Assembly (NCBI GenBank): GCA_044344255.1 | Contig: JBIJDH010000007.1 | Span: forward strand, 128,001 to 192,000 | Direction: 5' to 3' | Length of the DNA: 64,000 nt | Origin: Myxococcota bacterium | Lineage (GTDB): Bacteria; Myxococcota_A; UBA796; UBA2385 | Part shown: positions 1 through 9,300 of the stretch, piece by piece | Layout: each line of letters opens with the position of its first letter | Numbering within the stretch: the first letter of the stretch is position 1 | Program-made: the position numbers and the translations under genes | The notes under the pieces: generated by a model | Databases searched by the model: none | Told to the model about the DNA's origin: nothing | Seen by the model: the letters and a program-made list of their open reading frames with translations, nothing else

Positions 1-1032
1 GGCTTCGACGGCGACGAGGCGGTCTGCGAGGGCGACGGCGGCGCCGGACAGGGAGGTCACGCTCTCGACCATGCTGTCGACCCGCGTGAGCAGGCCGCCT
101 GTCGAGAGCTCGAGGGCGGCGACCTCGGTCGCGAGCTTGTTCTCGTAGCCCTGGACGATGATCATGTCGTCGGCGAGGGCGGCGAGGCGACCTTGAACGA
201 TGATGCTGTCGGCGGAGAGGCTGCTCACGAGCCCCTGAACGATGATGAGGTCGCTCGCGGTGGCGGTCACCTCGGTCCAGAGGGAGGCCAGCGAGTCGTC
301 GAGCTCCTGGACGGTGTCCGAGAGGAGGGCGAGCTCTCCGTCGAGCAGGTCCACGTCGGTCTGGAGCTGCTGGACCAGCGAGTCTGTTACCGAGCCGAGG
401 CCGGCCGTGTAGCTCGTGGTCACGGTGTTCCGGAGCCCACCGGCGGTCAGGGCGGCGGTGCCCTTGGCGCTGTTCATGCTCCCGCCGGCCACGAGGCTGT
501 GGGCGCCGCTGGCGGTGTTGGTGGTGCCGCCGGCGACGGCGCTGTAGCTGCCGCTCGCGGTGTTGCTGTAGCCGCCCGCGACCGCGGCGTACGTCTGCTT
601 GGCCGTGTTGTTTCGGCCCCCGCTGACGGCGGCGTAGGTGGCCGTGGCCTTGTTGCCGGAGCCGCCGGCCACCGTGGCCCCTGCGGCCGAGATCGCGTTG
701 TCGAAGCCGGCGATCAGCGCCCCGCTCGCCGAGTAGCTGTGCTTGTCGCCGATGACGACGTTGTGGGAGCCGCCGCGGGTGTCGGTGGTGTCGGCCACGT
801 CATAGCCGACGATGACGTTGCCGAGGCCGTTGGTCGAGTAGGTGCTGCCCTCTCCGTTCTCGATGTGCAGGTTGCAGCCGCGGACGGTGAGCTCGGTGCC
901 ATTGGCGACGAGCATGCACCCTTCGGCGTTCTGGTAGATCACGTCCTCGGCCCGGGCGAGGCCACCCGCGGCCCAGAGCGCGCAGAGGGTGGAGAGGGCG
1001 GGGAGGGGTCGGAGGAGGGCGGGGGTAGACAT
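1..1032 (-). CDS. Secreted YadA-head-like beta-roll repeat protein with coiled-coil stalk (3' end runs off the window)
   Basis: Translated by hand from ATG at 1032: signal peptide MSTPALLRPLPALSTLCALWAAGGLARA, then GLGNVIVGY and GSHNVVIG, then ~14-aa repeats (NKATATYAAVSGG, NTASGSYSAVAGG, NTASGAHSLVAGG), then a heptad-like helical region (LQTDVDLLDGELALLSDTVQELDDSLASL). Open to position 1, so absent from the ORF track. Confidence 0.8.
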   Translation of the reverse strand, partial: MSTPALLRPLPALSTLCALWAAGGLARAEDVIYQNAEGCMLVANGTELTVRGCNLHIENGEGSTYSTNGLGNVIVGYDVADTTDTRGGSHNVVIGDKHSYSASGALIAGFDNAISAAGATVAGGSGNKATATYAAVSGGRNNTAKQTYAAVAGGYSNTASGSYSAVAGGTTNTASGAHSLVAGGSMNSAKGTAALTAGGLRNTVTTSYTAGLGSVTDSLVQQLQTDVDLLDGELALLSDTVQELDDSLASLWTEVTATASDLIIVQGLVSSLSADSIIVQGRLAALADDMIIVQGYENKLATEVAALELSTGGLLTRVDSMVESVTSLSGAAVALADRLVAVEA

Positions 1033-1149
1033 CGGAGAGCTCCAGGTGGGAGCCCCAGGGGTAGCCGCGGGCCTCGACCCCGCCCCTCGCATGAACGTGT
1101 GAGCCGCGAGGCCCCGGCCCCCCGCGGACCGCGGGGATACCGATCTGCC

Positions 1150-3975
1150 GTGCTCCTCCTCCTGCTCGCGCTGCTCTGCCCGCCGTCCGCCTTCGCCGCC
1201 CGACGGCTCGTACGGGACGTGGCGGGGCTGCCGGCGAGCTCGACCCTGGCCTTGGCCGAGGGCCCGGACGGGCGAGTGTGGGCGGGGACCTACCTCGGCC
1301 TCTGGGTGGTGGACGGCGCGGCCGGGCGGCGGGTGGCCGAGGCGGCCCTCCCCGGCCTCGTGACCGAGCTCGTCGCGGACGCCGAGGGCCGGCTCTGGGC
1401 CCTGCACGAGGACGGCGCCGTGGTCGTCATCCTCGATGAGCCGGGGGAGGGCCGCTCCGAGGCCGCCTTCGCCTGCGAGGCGGGCACCTGCCCCTCGCTG
1501 GGCTGGCGGGACGTGCGGGCGCTCGCGCGGGGGCCCGACGGCCGGCCCCTGCTCTTGCGGGGCGATGCGGTCTGGGCCCTCTCCGCGGCCGGGGCCTGGG
1601 CGCAGGTGGCGAGCATCCCGGGCGGGGTCGGCCTCTTCTCCGATGGGCGCGCCGCCTACGTCGAGGCCCGGGGCTCCCTCCTCCGCCTTGACCCCAGGGG
1701 CCCGGTGGAGGTCGCCGCCCTGGAGGGGGCCCTGGTGGGGGTGGCGACGCTCCCGGGCGATCCCGAGGGCCTCGCCGGCCTCGACTGGGAGGGACGACTG
1801 TGGGCCTTCTCCGGCGGGGAGCGGCGCCTGCTGCTCGATGATCCCGGGCGTGGGATCTCGCTCCTTCGGCGGGGAGACACGCTGTGGGTCAGCGTAGACC
1901 GGGCGCTGCTCGCGTGGCGCGACGACGTGGTCGAGCGCATCAGCGGCGCGGACGGCGCCCGCGGCGGGGGCCCCCTGCTTGAGACCGCAGACGGCGCGCT
2001 CTGGCTCGGCGACTTCCTCGGCGTGCACCTCTTCCCCGAGCCAGAGACGGGCGCCGTCTCCGAGGCGGACGGCCTCGTGAGCGACCACGCGCGCACCCTC
2101 GTCGGGGTGGGCGACCGGCTCTGGGTGGCGACCTGGCAGGGCCTGTCCGCGGTGCGCCCGGGCGGACAGGTGGTGTCGAACCTGCCGGGGGTGCAGGTCG
2201 AGGGCGGCTTTTGTGGGGAGGGGGAGGGAGCATGGGCCGGTGCGCGCGACATGCGCGGCGGGGACGGCCTCGGGGGGCCGCGCTTCGTCCTCCTCCGCCT
2301 CGACGCGGCGGGGGCGCGCACCATCCCCTGGGCCACCGAGGGCTGGCCACGGGGCTGCGCGCTGGACGCCGAGGGCCGGCCCTGGTTCACCACCACCGAC
2401 GGCCTCTGGACGCTGGAGGGCGGCGCCCCGGTCGCCCGGGCGACGGGCGCGGAGTGGGATGGCCTCCCGGCGACCACCGCCGAGGGCCTCGTGGTGGTGG
2501 GGCGCTCTGCCGCCCTCTGGGTCCGCGACGGTCAGGTGGCGCGTCGACTGCCCCTCTCGATCCAGAGCCGCGTCACGCGCGTCCTGCCGCTCGAAGCGCG
2601 GCTCTGGGTGGCCACGGAGGGTGACGGGCTCTGGTCCATCGACCGCGAGGGGGCGGAGCGGGTCGCCCTCGACGGGGCCACCACCCCTCGCCACATCCTC
2701 GGCCTCACGCGGACAGCCGAGGGGGTCTGGCTCTCTGGGCAGGGCACCCTGATGCGGGTCTCCGAGGAGGCGCGCCCCCGCCTCCTCGAGCGTGTCGGCG
2801 GCGCGCAGGGCCTGCTCGCCGACGGGGCCGAGGCGGTGCTGCCGGACGGACAGGGGACGCTGCGCCTCGCCACCAGCGCCGGCCTCGTGCGCGTGCCAGA
2901 GCGGGCCCGGGCCCTCCCGCTGGCCGCGCCCGCCCCCCTGCTCGCCGCGCCCCCGCTCGGGCGGCAGATCCAGGGCGGTGGGGGGGCCTGGTCCTTGCCT
3001 GCGCCGCCGAACGAGCTGCTCCTCTCCTTCGCGCTGCCCGCCTGGCGAGACGGGGCCGCGGGGCGCCTGCGGGCGCGGGTGGACGACCGCCTCCACTCCT
3101 TGCCGGGCGGCGCCCTCCGCATCGTCGACCTCAAGCCGGGGGAGCACGAGATCGCGGTGGAGAGCTCGCTCGACGGCCGGTCTTGGACGGCCGGGCCTGC
3201 CCTGCGGCTCACGGTCGCCACCCCCTTCTACCTGCGCCCCTCCTTCCTCTTCGCCGGCATGGTGGGCCTCTCGGCCGCAGGGCTCCTCATCCACCGCGCG
3301 CGGGTCGCGGCGCTGCTGCGGGTGGAGCGCGAGCGCAGCCGCATCGCCTTGGACCTCCACGATGAGCTCGGCAGCGGCCTCGCTGGCGTCTCCGCCCTCG
3401 CCGGGATGGCGGCCGACCCCGACATCGACCCCGAGGGCCGCCTGCACCTCGCGGCCACCATCGCCCGCGTCTCCGAAGAGCTGGGGGCCGCCCTCGGCGA
3501 CATCGTCTGGTCGCTCCGGCGGGACACGGCCGATCCCGCCGCCCTGCTCGCCTCCCTCGCCGAGCGGGGAAACCGCATGCTGGCCCCGCGCGGCGGGGAG
3601 GTCATTCCGCTCCCCCTCCGCGGATCCGTGGCCCCGCTGTCGCTGCCCGTCCGGCGAGCTCTCCAGCGCATCGGCGTCGAGGCCCTGCACAACGCGGCGC
3701 GCCACGGGGACGCCCGTCGGGTCGAGCTCTCCATCGAGCCCGGCCTAGGGCGGTCCCCCTCGGTCTTCCGCGTGCGCGACGACGGCCGCCCCAACGGCGC
3801 TGGCAGCGCGGGGAGCGGCCTTGGCCTGCCCGGAATGCGGGCGAGGGCGGAGGCCATTGGCGGGCAGCTCGTCGCGGGGCCGGTGGTCGGTGGCGGCTTC
3901 CTCGTCGAGGTCACCTTTCGGCCCGAGGCCGGCGGCGCCCTCGCCGGGCCCGCCTGGCTGCGGCGCCTCCGCTGA
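1150..3975 (+). CDS. Sensor histidine kinase: periplasmic beta-propeller, Y_Y_Y-like domain, TM, HisKA_3, HATPase
   Basis: GTG at 1150 starts a signal peptide (VLLLLLALLCPPSAFA). Repeated DGRVWAGT/LWVAT propeller motifs; ERERSRIALDLHDELG H-box; EALHNAARHG; VRDDG and GLGLPGMRARA boxes. Confidence 0.9.
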   Translation: MLLLLLALLCPPSAFAARRLVRDVAGLPASSTLALAEGPDGRVWAGTYLGLWVVDGAAGRRVAEAALPGLVTELVADAEGRLWALHEDGAVVVILDEPGEGRSEAAFACEAGTCPSLGWRDVRALARGPDGRPLLLRGDAVWALSAAGAWAQVASIPGGVGLFSDGRAAYVEARGSLLRLDPRGPVEVAALEGALVGVATLPGDPEGLAGLDWEGRLWAFSGGERRLLLDDPGRGISLLRRGDTLWVSVDRALLAWRDDVVERISGADGARGGGPLLETADGALWLGDFLGVHLFPEPETGAVSEADGLVSDHARTLVGVGDRLWVATWQGLSAVRPGGQVVSNLPGVQVEGGFCGEGEGAWAGARDMRGGDGLGGPRFVLLRLDAAGARTIPWATEGWPRGCALDAEGRPWFTTTDGLWTLEGGAPVARATGAEWDGLPATTAEGLVVVGRSAALWVRDGQVARRLPLSIQSRVTRVLPLEARLWVATEGDGLWSIDREGAERVALDGATTPRHILGLTRTAEGVWLSGQGTLMRVSEEARPRLLERVGGAQGLLADGAEAVLPDGQGTLRLATSAGLVRVPERARALPLAAPAPLLAAPPLGRQIQGGGGAWSLPAPPNELLLSFALPAWRDGAAGRLRARVDDRLHSLPGGALRIVDLKPGEHEIAVESSLDGRSWTAGPALRLTVATPFYLRPSFLFAGMVGLSAAGLLIHRARVAALLRVERERSRIALDLHDELGSGLAGVSALAGMAADPDIDPEGRLHLAATIARVSEELGAALGDIVWSLRRDTADPAALLASLAERGNRMLAPRGGEVIPLPLRGSVAPLSLPVRRALQRIGVEALHNAARHGDARRVELSIEPGLGRSPSVFRVRDDGRPNGAGSAGSGLGLPGMRARAEAIGGQLVAGPVVGGGFLVEVTFRPEAGGALAGPAWLRRLR

Positions 3976-3978
3976 CCC

Positions 3979-4008
3979 TTGCACAAGTGGGTGGCCGCCT
4001 TGTAGCCT
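3979..4008 (+). promoter_or_regulatory. Possible sigma70-type promoter of the 4093 gene
   Basis: TTGCAC-N18-TAGCCT in the intergenic region. Confidence 0.3.
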
Positions 4009-4092
4009 CCCGGCCCGACTCCAGCCGACCGTGTTCATCCTACCCATCCCCAAGAATCCTGCAGCAGTCTGCCATTCCCATCGGAGCCCTCG

Positions 4093-6315
4093 ATGCCGAT
4101 CAAGTCCATCACCGAGATCGCCGACTTCGCCGAGTACAAGAAGGCGCTCAAGCGAGACCTCGAGCTCGCGAAGAGCAAGCTCCAGCCCTTCATCTACATC
4201 GAGGGTTACAAATTCACCGGTAAGGTGGGCCCGGCCATCATCGTGGGCAAGATCGAGGCCTCGGTCATCCAGGCCTTCAAGAACAACGGCACGGCCCTCT
4301 CCTTCTCCAAGGGCCGATGTCGTTACGTGAAGTCCACCGTCAATTTCGTCGTAGATCAGGGGCCGCTGGTCGAGACCAAGCTGGTGCTGGCGCGGAATTT
4401 CGCCGGACTCAACGCCCTCGATGTGGCGGTGAGCGAGGGGCTCGTCGAGACCCGCGCCGAGGATGTGGGGGCCCTCCAGACCGCCCTCACCAAGGCCGTG
4501 AAGGCGCAGGTCAACCCGATCACGACCACGCTCACCGAGCGTTATCAGTACTTGAAGGCACAGAAGGTGTCGGGTGCGCCCGTCCTCTCGAAGGAGGACG
4601 ATCGTGCGCTGCTCGCCCTCTTCGCCAAGGCACGCGATGCCGCCAAGGAGGATCCGCTCGGCGCGTATGATCCCCTGGTCCTCTTCGAGGATGCCCTGGC
4701 GGTGGCCGAGGCCAAGGCTGGGCTCGTCGTGGATCGGCTGGAGATCGCGCCCAATGATGCCGTGAAAGAAGCCTTCCAGGCCTATGCCGAGGCCGCCGAG
4801 GCCCAGAACAAGCAGATCGATGAAGCACTCCCCCGCGACCGACTGACCCCCAAGAAGCTCGTGGTCAACACCGATGTCGGTGTCGTGACGGAGGTGGGGG
4901 ACAAGGAGAACCCGGAGACGGTTACGCAACGCTCCGTCGGCCAGATGATCCAGGACCGCGGCGAAGCCCTGGAATTCCAGAAGAAGCAGGTCGAGGAGCA
5001 TGAGGACGGCGCCAAGAAGCTCGCCGCTGTGAAGCTGATGGTCACGGCCCGCAGGGAGGAGCTGGGGCGGCTGCTGGCCGAACCGAAGCGGATCATCGAG
5101 GAGTCCATCCAGACGATTGAGAGCCACACCAGAACCGTGGAGAACAACAACAGCGAGATCGACTCGAGGAAGGAGACCTATATTGACGCCTTCGTCGAGG
5201 TCGAGGAGGGCATCCGGAAGAGGTACAAAGACGATGTACCGGAGATGGAGCGCCGGATCAGGGTCCTCGAAACGAACCGCGATGACGCGCTCCGTGAGAA
5301 CCAGGAGATGATCGAAGAGAACGATCGCCTCGGCCTCGAGGTGCCCGAGCTGGAGAAGACGGTAAAGGCACAGAAGAAGCTCGCAAAGGAGATTATCGAG
5401 CGGATCTGGCTGGGACTTCACGGCGACATTGAAGACAGATATGCGGGCTTCGGCAGCCAGTATCCCACCACTCTCCCCAAGCTGAAGGATGTGCTGGAGA
5501 ACAGCGCCAAGGGGCTCCCCGAAGCCGAGGAGGCGGTGCGGGACTTCGACGTCCTGGCTGGCCGACATGGCTCCGGGCGCCACGGCGCACAGACGGGCAT
5601 CGAGATGCAGGCCCGGCGCGTCGCCACCCGCGGTGTGACCGCCGACCAGGACGAGAACGAGTATGGCACGAGCCGCGGTGGCTCCACGAAGTGGCGGGCC
5701 ATCACGCTCACCTGGGAGAACAAGAAGGGAAAGAAGGTCATCACCGACCGCGCGCCGATCTTGAAGGAGATCCTCCGTCAGCATGAGCACCGGCTCACAC
5801 CCGCGAGCGCCTCCTCGTCTTTTCACAGCCCCGAGCTGGAGAGAGAGGCGGTGGAGCGCGCCGTGGCCATCGCCACGGCCGCCGGGCTTCAATGGAAGGA
5901 GATCTCCACCCAGGACGGTACCGGCTGGGAGCCCCTGCAGGACATGACCATCATCATCGGCAAGCCGAAGAAGAGCCGCTCCGTCGGTTGGGGCCTCAGC
6001 TTGGAGCAGATCAAGACCGAGGTGAAGCTCGAGCTCGCGGACGCGAACCGTATCCTCGACGACTTTCGCGACGGCAACATCGATCTGGACACGATGCTCG
6101 AGGGTCTCAACTCCAAGCTCATCCTCGACGGAGACGGTGGGGCCAAGATGATGACCCACGCCCGCCTCTTCGTTCAGAAGACCTCGAAGGGTTGGGCCTC
6201 CACCACCCACTTCCCGAGCGCCGACGGGGCACCCTCCTGGTCGCTCTCCGAACGCTGGGTGCGGGAGTCCGACGGGGTGAATGTGGTCGAGAAGCCGCCT
6301 TTCCACGAGCCCTGA
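4093..6315 (+). CDS. Putative polymorphic toxin/effector: unknown N-domain, coiled coil, C-terminal RNase-A-like (CdiA-CT type) domain
   Basis: 740 aa, Lys/Glu-rich, no signal peptide. C-terminal motifs RHGSGRHG, ASSSFHSPELEREAVERA and RLFVQKTSKGWASTTHFP resemble the GH..RH / ASSF / TAYP pattern of bacterial CdiA-CT RNase-A-like domains. Confidence 0.6.
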   Translation: MPIKSITEIADFAEYKKALKRDLELAKSKLQPFIYIEGYKFTGKVGPAIIVGKIEASVIQAFKNNGTALSFSKGRCRYVKSTVNFVVDQGPLVETKLVLARNFAGLNALDVAVSEGLVETRAEDVGALQTALTKAVKAQVNPITTTLTERYQYLKAQKVSGAPVLSKEDDRALLALFAKARDAAKEDPLGAYDPLVLFEDALAVAEAKAGLVVDRLEIAPNDAVKEAFQAYAEAAEAQNKQIDEALPRDRLTPKKLVVNTDVGVVTEVGDKENPETVTQRSVGQMIQDRGEALEFQKKQVEEHEDGAKKLAAVKLMVTARREELGRLLAEPKRIIEESIQTIESHTRTVENNNSEIDSRKETYIDAFVEVEEGIRKRYKDDVPEMERRIRVLETNRDDALRENQEMIEENDRLGLEVPELEKTVKAQKKLAKEIIERIWLGLHGDIEDRYAGFGSQYPTTLPKLKDVLENSAKGLPEAEEAVRDFDVLAGRHGSGRHGAQTGIEMQARRVATRGVTADQDENEYGTSRGGSTKWRAITLTWENKKGKKVITDRAPILKEILRQHEHRLTPASASSSFHSPELEREAVERAVAIATAAGLQWKEISTQDGTGWEPLQDMTIIIGKPKKSRSVGWGLSLEQIKTEVKLELADANRILDDFRDGNIDLDTMLEGLNSKLILDGDGGAKMMTHARLFVQKTSKGWASTTHFPSADGAPSWSLSERWVRESDGVNVVEKPPFHEP

Positions 6316-6398
6316 GCGGCGTGGCAGGCCCGCCCCTCCCAGATCTCCGAGACCGCGCACCCCCATGCCTTGCTATCCTCAGCGCCCCCGGAGGCCTC

Positions 6399-9300
6399 GT
6401 GCGCGTGACCTTGCTCTGGCTGACCCTGACGGCCTGCCGAACCCCCACCGACAAGGCCCCCAAGACCCTCCCGGACGAGCCTCGCACCGACGACAGCGCC
6501 GACCCCGACGATAGCGCTCCGCCCGACGACAGCGCCGCCTCCCTCGACGCCGACGGCGACGGTAGCCCCGCCGACGAGGACTGCGATGACACAAACCCCG
6601 CCGTGTTCCCCGGCGCGCCCGAGACCTGCGACGGCGTCGATCAGGACTGCGACGGCGAGGCCGATGATGGCTTCTCGGCGCCCGACTGCATGGCCGAGGC
6701 GCCAGCCTGCCCGCTGATGCCCGCGCCGCCAGCCCACCCCGCGCCGCTGGTGTCGCTCGCCTTCGAGGGCACGGACTGGTCGGCCAACGCCGGGAGCCTG
6801 ACTGGCGGCGCCTGGACGGTCTACGCCGCGGTCGGCGAGACCGGGGAGGGCGCCGTGGGGCAGGGCTTCGAGGCGCAGAGCCTGGGCTGGGGTGCCACCG
6901 GCAACCGCTACCTCCAGGTCGGCTCGAACCCGGCGCTGCACCCCGAGACCTTCACGATCGCGGCCTGGGTGCGCCCGGAAGACGGCGACAGCAGCATGGC
7001 CGTCGCAAACACGATGTGGGACTCGGGCTACAGAGGATTCACCTTCCTCGTGAACTATGGCCAGGTGACGCTCGGGCTCGGTGACGGCGACAGCAGCGCC
7101 TACGTCGCGGTGCCCATCCCAATCGGGGCTTGGTCGCATGTCGCCGCCACCTTCGATGGCGAGGTCGTCGCACTGTACGTCAACGGTGAGCTGCGGCTGC
7201 GGGAGCACCTGCCAGCAGGCTTCTCGGGCTACGCGCCGGCGACGATCGCGTACGAGGGGGCCAGCAGCGGCAGCACCTTCGTGGTGGGGGCCTACCAGAA
7301 CCCCGCTTACTATGCCTTCACGGGCGGCATCGACGAGCTGCGCTACTACGACGCGGCGCTGGTGGGAGCCCAGATCCGGCGCGAGGCGCAGGTGGGAAGG
7401 TGGCGCTTCGATGGCGCCGCGATGGGGCAGGACGACGGGCCGCGCGCGAGAGATCTGACCGTGTCGGGAGCGCTCACCTGCGGCCCCGTGGGCGGCGCCT
7501 GGACCCGCGAAGGTGGCGAGCCGGCCGCCACCCTCGACGAAGACCGCGCGTTGGAGCTGCGGGCGGGCCTGTCTGTGTCGCTGCTGGCGCGACCGGACCG
7601 CCTCTCCGGCACCGCCGTGCTGGCACGTCGAGAGGGGGCCTGGTCGCTCTCTCTGGACGGCGGCTCGCTGGCCTGGTCGATCACCGCGTCGACGGGAGCG
7701 ATGACCGTGCTGAGAGCAGACCTCTCCGACCGCCTCGGCCTCTGGACAGACCTGCAGGCCAGCTTCGACGGCACCCGCAGCGCCCTCTTTGTCGATGGGG
7801 AGCTGCGCGCCTGGGAGGTGACGGGCTTCGACACGCTCGCGGCGGGCAGCGGTAGCTTGACGGTGGGGGAGGGCTTTGACGGTGGCCTCGACGAGCTGGA
7901 GCTGAGCGCCCTGTCGCACGGCCTCACGGCCCCCGCCGAGCCTCTGCTGTTGGGGCGCTGGAGGGCCGGCGAGGTGAGCGCCACCGGCGAGGGTCTCGTC
8001 GGTGAGGGGCGCGTGGGCCTCGATCTCAGCGGGTCGAGCGAGGCGGCGCAGGACGCGGATGCGCTGCGGACCTGTCTTTATCTCCACGAGGCCAGTCGAG
8101 AGGCCTGTCTGTACCGCACAGGCCGCCTCTCGGCTGCGGCCGATCTGGGCGGGCCGGTGACCTTCCGGGTGGTGCTGCGGCCCGATCCCGCCGCGCTGAC
8201 GAAGCCCCTGGCCTTCTTCGGCGTGGAGGGCGGGCCCCAGTTGGAGCTGTCGCCCACCGGCTACGCCCTGGTCTGGGGCGAGACGCGCGCCGAGGGCGGC
8301 CCGGCGCCGACAGACCGCTGGACCACCCTCACCGGCGTGGTCTCCGCCGAGGGCCTTCGGCTCTATGTGGACGGAACCCTGGCCGCGTCGACTGACTTTG
8401 AGGCTCCCTTTGCGCCCCGGGCGCGCTTTGGCATCGGCAGCGGTCTGTTTCTCGCGACCCTCAGCGAGGGCGGGGCGGAGGCGCTGCGACTGGACACGCT
8501 TGATCTGCACGGAGAGGCCTGGGAGGACGACAGCGTGACCCGCCGCGACGCTCCCTGGCGGGCCGAGGGTCACCCGGTGCTGGGCTCGAGCGCCGTGTCG
8601 ATGGGCCTGCTCGGCGACGCCGCCATCCTCGCCGCGGCCGACGCCGCCCTGGCCACCCTCACGAGCGCCAGCGGCGCGCCGGGGACAGAGGCCTACCCTC
8701 ACTTCGCCAAGGCCAGCGAAGCCAGCGCATTGGCGATGGCCGCGACGATCACCACCGGGGCGGCTTCTGAGGCCTACCTGGACGGTGCCCTGGCGCGACT
8801 GGAGGATCTGGACACCGGTTACTGGCAGTGGGGCTGGTTTCAGGGCCGCTTGCTGAGCGGTTATGCGGTTGCCTATGATCTCGTGGCGCCCTTGCTCATC
8901 GCGAAGGAGGCGACCGACCCCTGGGAATGGGCGCCGCGCCATGCGGCGATTCGACGCAACCTGCTGGCCCTCGCCCACCAGGCCTACGAGGTGGGCGGGC
9001 TCGATGAAGATGGCTACTACTCCTATGGCTTCAACCACTCGGGCACGAGCTGGACCTCGGCCAACGCGCGGCTGATGACCTCGGGGGGCCTCGCGCAGAT
9101 CGGCCTCGTCCTGGGGGAGGAGCGCGACCCGGTGCTCTCTGGCGGCGAGGCGCTCCGCCGGCTCGTCACCGATGACCTGCTGGAGCCGCGGCCCGGCGAG
9201 GGGGAGGCCCAGGGGCGCTACTTGGAGATGTTCCTGCCGGCCTCGGGGCTGTTTTGTGAGGGCACCGGCTACCAGAACGATGTCTTCTACACCCTGACCC

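Noticed and set aside
193..1149. N-terminal 319 aa of the 1260-aa kinase ORF
   Set aside because: It is the antisense shadow of the minus-strand fibre gene. The signal peptide starts at GTG 1150.
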